A stretch of DNA of 64,000 nucleotides, from assembly GCF_964204645.1 (NCBI RefSeq), contig NC_134027.1:6604485-6668484 (forward strand), in the 5' to 3' direction. Both the position numbers and the translations under genes were made by a program. Of this stretch, positions 61,701-64,000 are shown in pieces. Under the pieces are notes generated by a model, which saw only the letters and a list, made by a program, of their open reading frames with translations, did no database searches and was not told where the DNA came from. Position 1 is the first letter of the stretch. Each line of letters opens with the position of its first letter. This DNA comes from Tubulanus polymorphus (Eukaryota > Animalia > Nemertea).

Positions 61701-64000
61701 ATTGATTACACCGATATATAAATAAATGATTTTTAGGAAACCTTCAAATGTAGCTTAGTTAAAATGTTTAATACTCGCTCTATCCGAAATTACTCGTGTT
61801 ATGCATATACACATTGATAGGAGACGCTGATCGTAAGTTTAGTAAGAACAAACGTTCGAAATTTCAAAGTCGCCCAACAGCGTTCTGAATTTCATTATGG
61901 TATCGCGCAGTGATAAGGTACTAATGTTATTAACTCGCGCTCTTTCAAGCTTTGGTGCTCGTGAGGATTGCAAACAGAGGCATGGCAAATGCAAGTTGAT
62001 AATTCATCGGTTATTCGCACGCGCAGCTGAACAAAAAATTCTTCAAATATTTGAATTTCTGTATACATATATATTCACATTTTTTAAAGATTGACACATT
62101 AGATATTTTCTGATATTTTGTATTGATATTTTAGGTAAATTAAGTGCAATATATAAATGAAAGCAGACAGGAAAATAGTGAAAAACCCATCAACAATCAT
62201 CAATTGGATTATTCTAAACCCAAAACCTGATGACCAGGTATTGAGTAAGAGAATGACCACTCCCATAAACATTGCTCCAATTATGAATGGAGTTGATTTC
62301 TTCCCGTCTAAACAGAAACCTTGTGGGTAGTAAAGCACGCTGCCGGTGACTCAGGAAAAGTTACAAAGCGCCACTCTTTCATCCTACTTGTCACGGGCGG
62401 CCAAAATCTTGCTACGCGGCCGCGGGACAGACTAAATCTGAACTGACGGTATTGGTTGAAAATGAAATCGTAAACCGTAATTGATCTCATTCAAGATTAC
62501 CCACTACTTTATCTATATTTTGGTGGGAAACAGAGACGTAACTTATTCAAATTTGAAAAATTCAAATTCACGCAATCATTATAGCGAAACCAAATGACGT
62601 CAAATATGATTGATCTGAACTATTGAATACACTATATATACGCCAGTTGTGCTAACTTCTTCATCGTATACATAATTATCTATCTGATGGCGAGCCGCAT
62701 AAAAATCACGAAAGGCCAAGCTGACACATCTTCGTGTCGCCAATACGCAGGGCAGACGAATCGAAACGATTTCCCTTCAGAAGCAGATGTCCTTATATCA
62801 CTTCATATACTTAGTAGCGTTTGCACAGGCAAGTTAAATAGCCCTCGCATCTGTCCATATTTATATGATAAAGAAAATAGCATATTTGTCTAGAATAATG
62901 AGCATTCATATGTATGGACATTTATATTTGTTGCACGAAAATACTAAATATGTAACGTATATGAATTATTGATTAGAGTTGAATCGCAAATTCCAGAATA
63001 AAAAATTGTTTATTTCTTGCCGAAATGACCCTTTATTAGGCATGTGAACGAACTTATATATTTTGATACACGCTAATATTCCCACGCAAAATTCTACTAT
63101 CCAGCCGCTACTACATATATGATTGAGGATGATTGTATTACGCATTATACGTACGTACTTTGCGTATTGGTTACTACTTTTCATTCAACGCGTTTCAAAT
63201 TACGGTGAAATCGTTTGGATTAGTGAAATAATGCGCGCGCTTATTACCATAATTCATTCATTCCATCGTCAAAAAGGGTTAATCTTATCGTTGAATCGGC
63301 TTACACCACTACCACATAATGCTAAGCTAATCAAACCAATGAAAGAGTTTAAACTTTCTACTTCTATCCCCGTACATGCGGACTTTGTCTACAGCATCGA
63401 GCAAATGAAACGGGACCAATCCAACAGGTGTGTCCACAAACCTCGTTCAGAAAAAACTGGTATTCCAACATATACATACATATACATACAGAATCGTAGA
63501 ATATATAACTATAGATCTATGGATGGGAGTTGAGAACGAAATAGTAAACCCAATTTGTCTTTATATGAATATTCTGAATATTGTATCCGCTTAGCACAAA
63601 GGCATCATCTTACGGGTAAATAATCTCCATGAATGATTATTATCGCGTTGCTTGTTTGATCAAATATCAATCATGACCAACGTAATGGAAATTATCAAAT
63701 CGTATCAATTGGTGATCACGAAATCTCTTAAGACACTGTTGTGTTCGGATAGAGGATTCGTGCCCGTGTTTCGCAGTTAGTCGACATTTATCAACATTTA
63801 TCGCCCTGCACTATAATCAATCACTCTATGAAACTCATCATCAAACGTGCGCAAACAACTCTGAAGATTTTAAGAGATTTTTTTTTCAAAATTGACTCGA
63901 AACGAAACTATCATCAAAATACGCATGCATAAATCTCATTAATTCACATGAAAAATCTGTTAACATCAAGTTTTTTCAAGACAGTTCAAGACGAATCTGG

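Noticed and set aside
62099-62338. Hydrophobic 79-aa minus-strand ORF as a missing MFSD4 5' exon
   Set aside because: Lacks the expected N-terminal MFSD4 motifs and convincing splice sites; hydrophobicity is expected from T-rich DNA

Overview
AT-rich genomic DNA from an invertebrate animal with compact, short-intron genes; the organism cannot be named from sequence alone. Recognisable multi-exon genes are: the 3' part of a K-Cl cotransporter (SLC12A4-7/KCC type, +) with several minor-spliceosome (U12) introns, JARID2 (-), GPATCH1 (+), ITFG1/LINKIN (-), an orphan Ig-like membrane-anchored protein (-), and the 3' part of an MFSD4-like transporter (-). The ORF track misses two tandem paralogous micro-genes at about 8.05-9.56 kb. 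Each encodes a 61-62 aa secreted precursor with an 8-Cys C-C-CCC-C-CC framework (CPG[KR]CSPCCCP...C...CC). This is the best candidate for an undescribed peptide system (toxin, defence or signalling). The gene-poor 31.3-44 kb interval holds two nested TIR elements with TATGG..CCATA ends and 6-bp TSDs (IS3EU-like) and a hammerhead-ribozyme-bearing palindromic Penelope-like insertion. It also holds a probable spliced non-coding transcript built from 8 tandem intron+exon units behind a cluster of NF-kB-like sites, and an array of micro-hairpin insertions. All calls were made by eye without database searches; exon coordinates are hand-derived.
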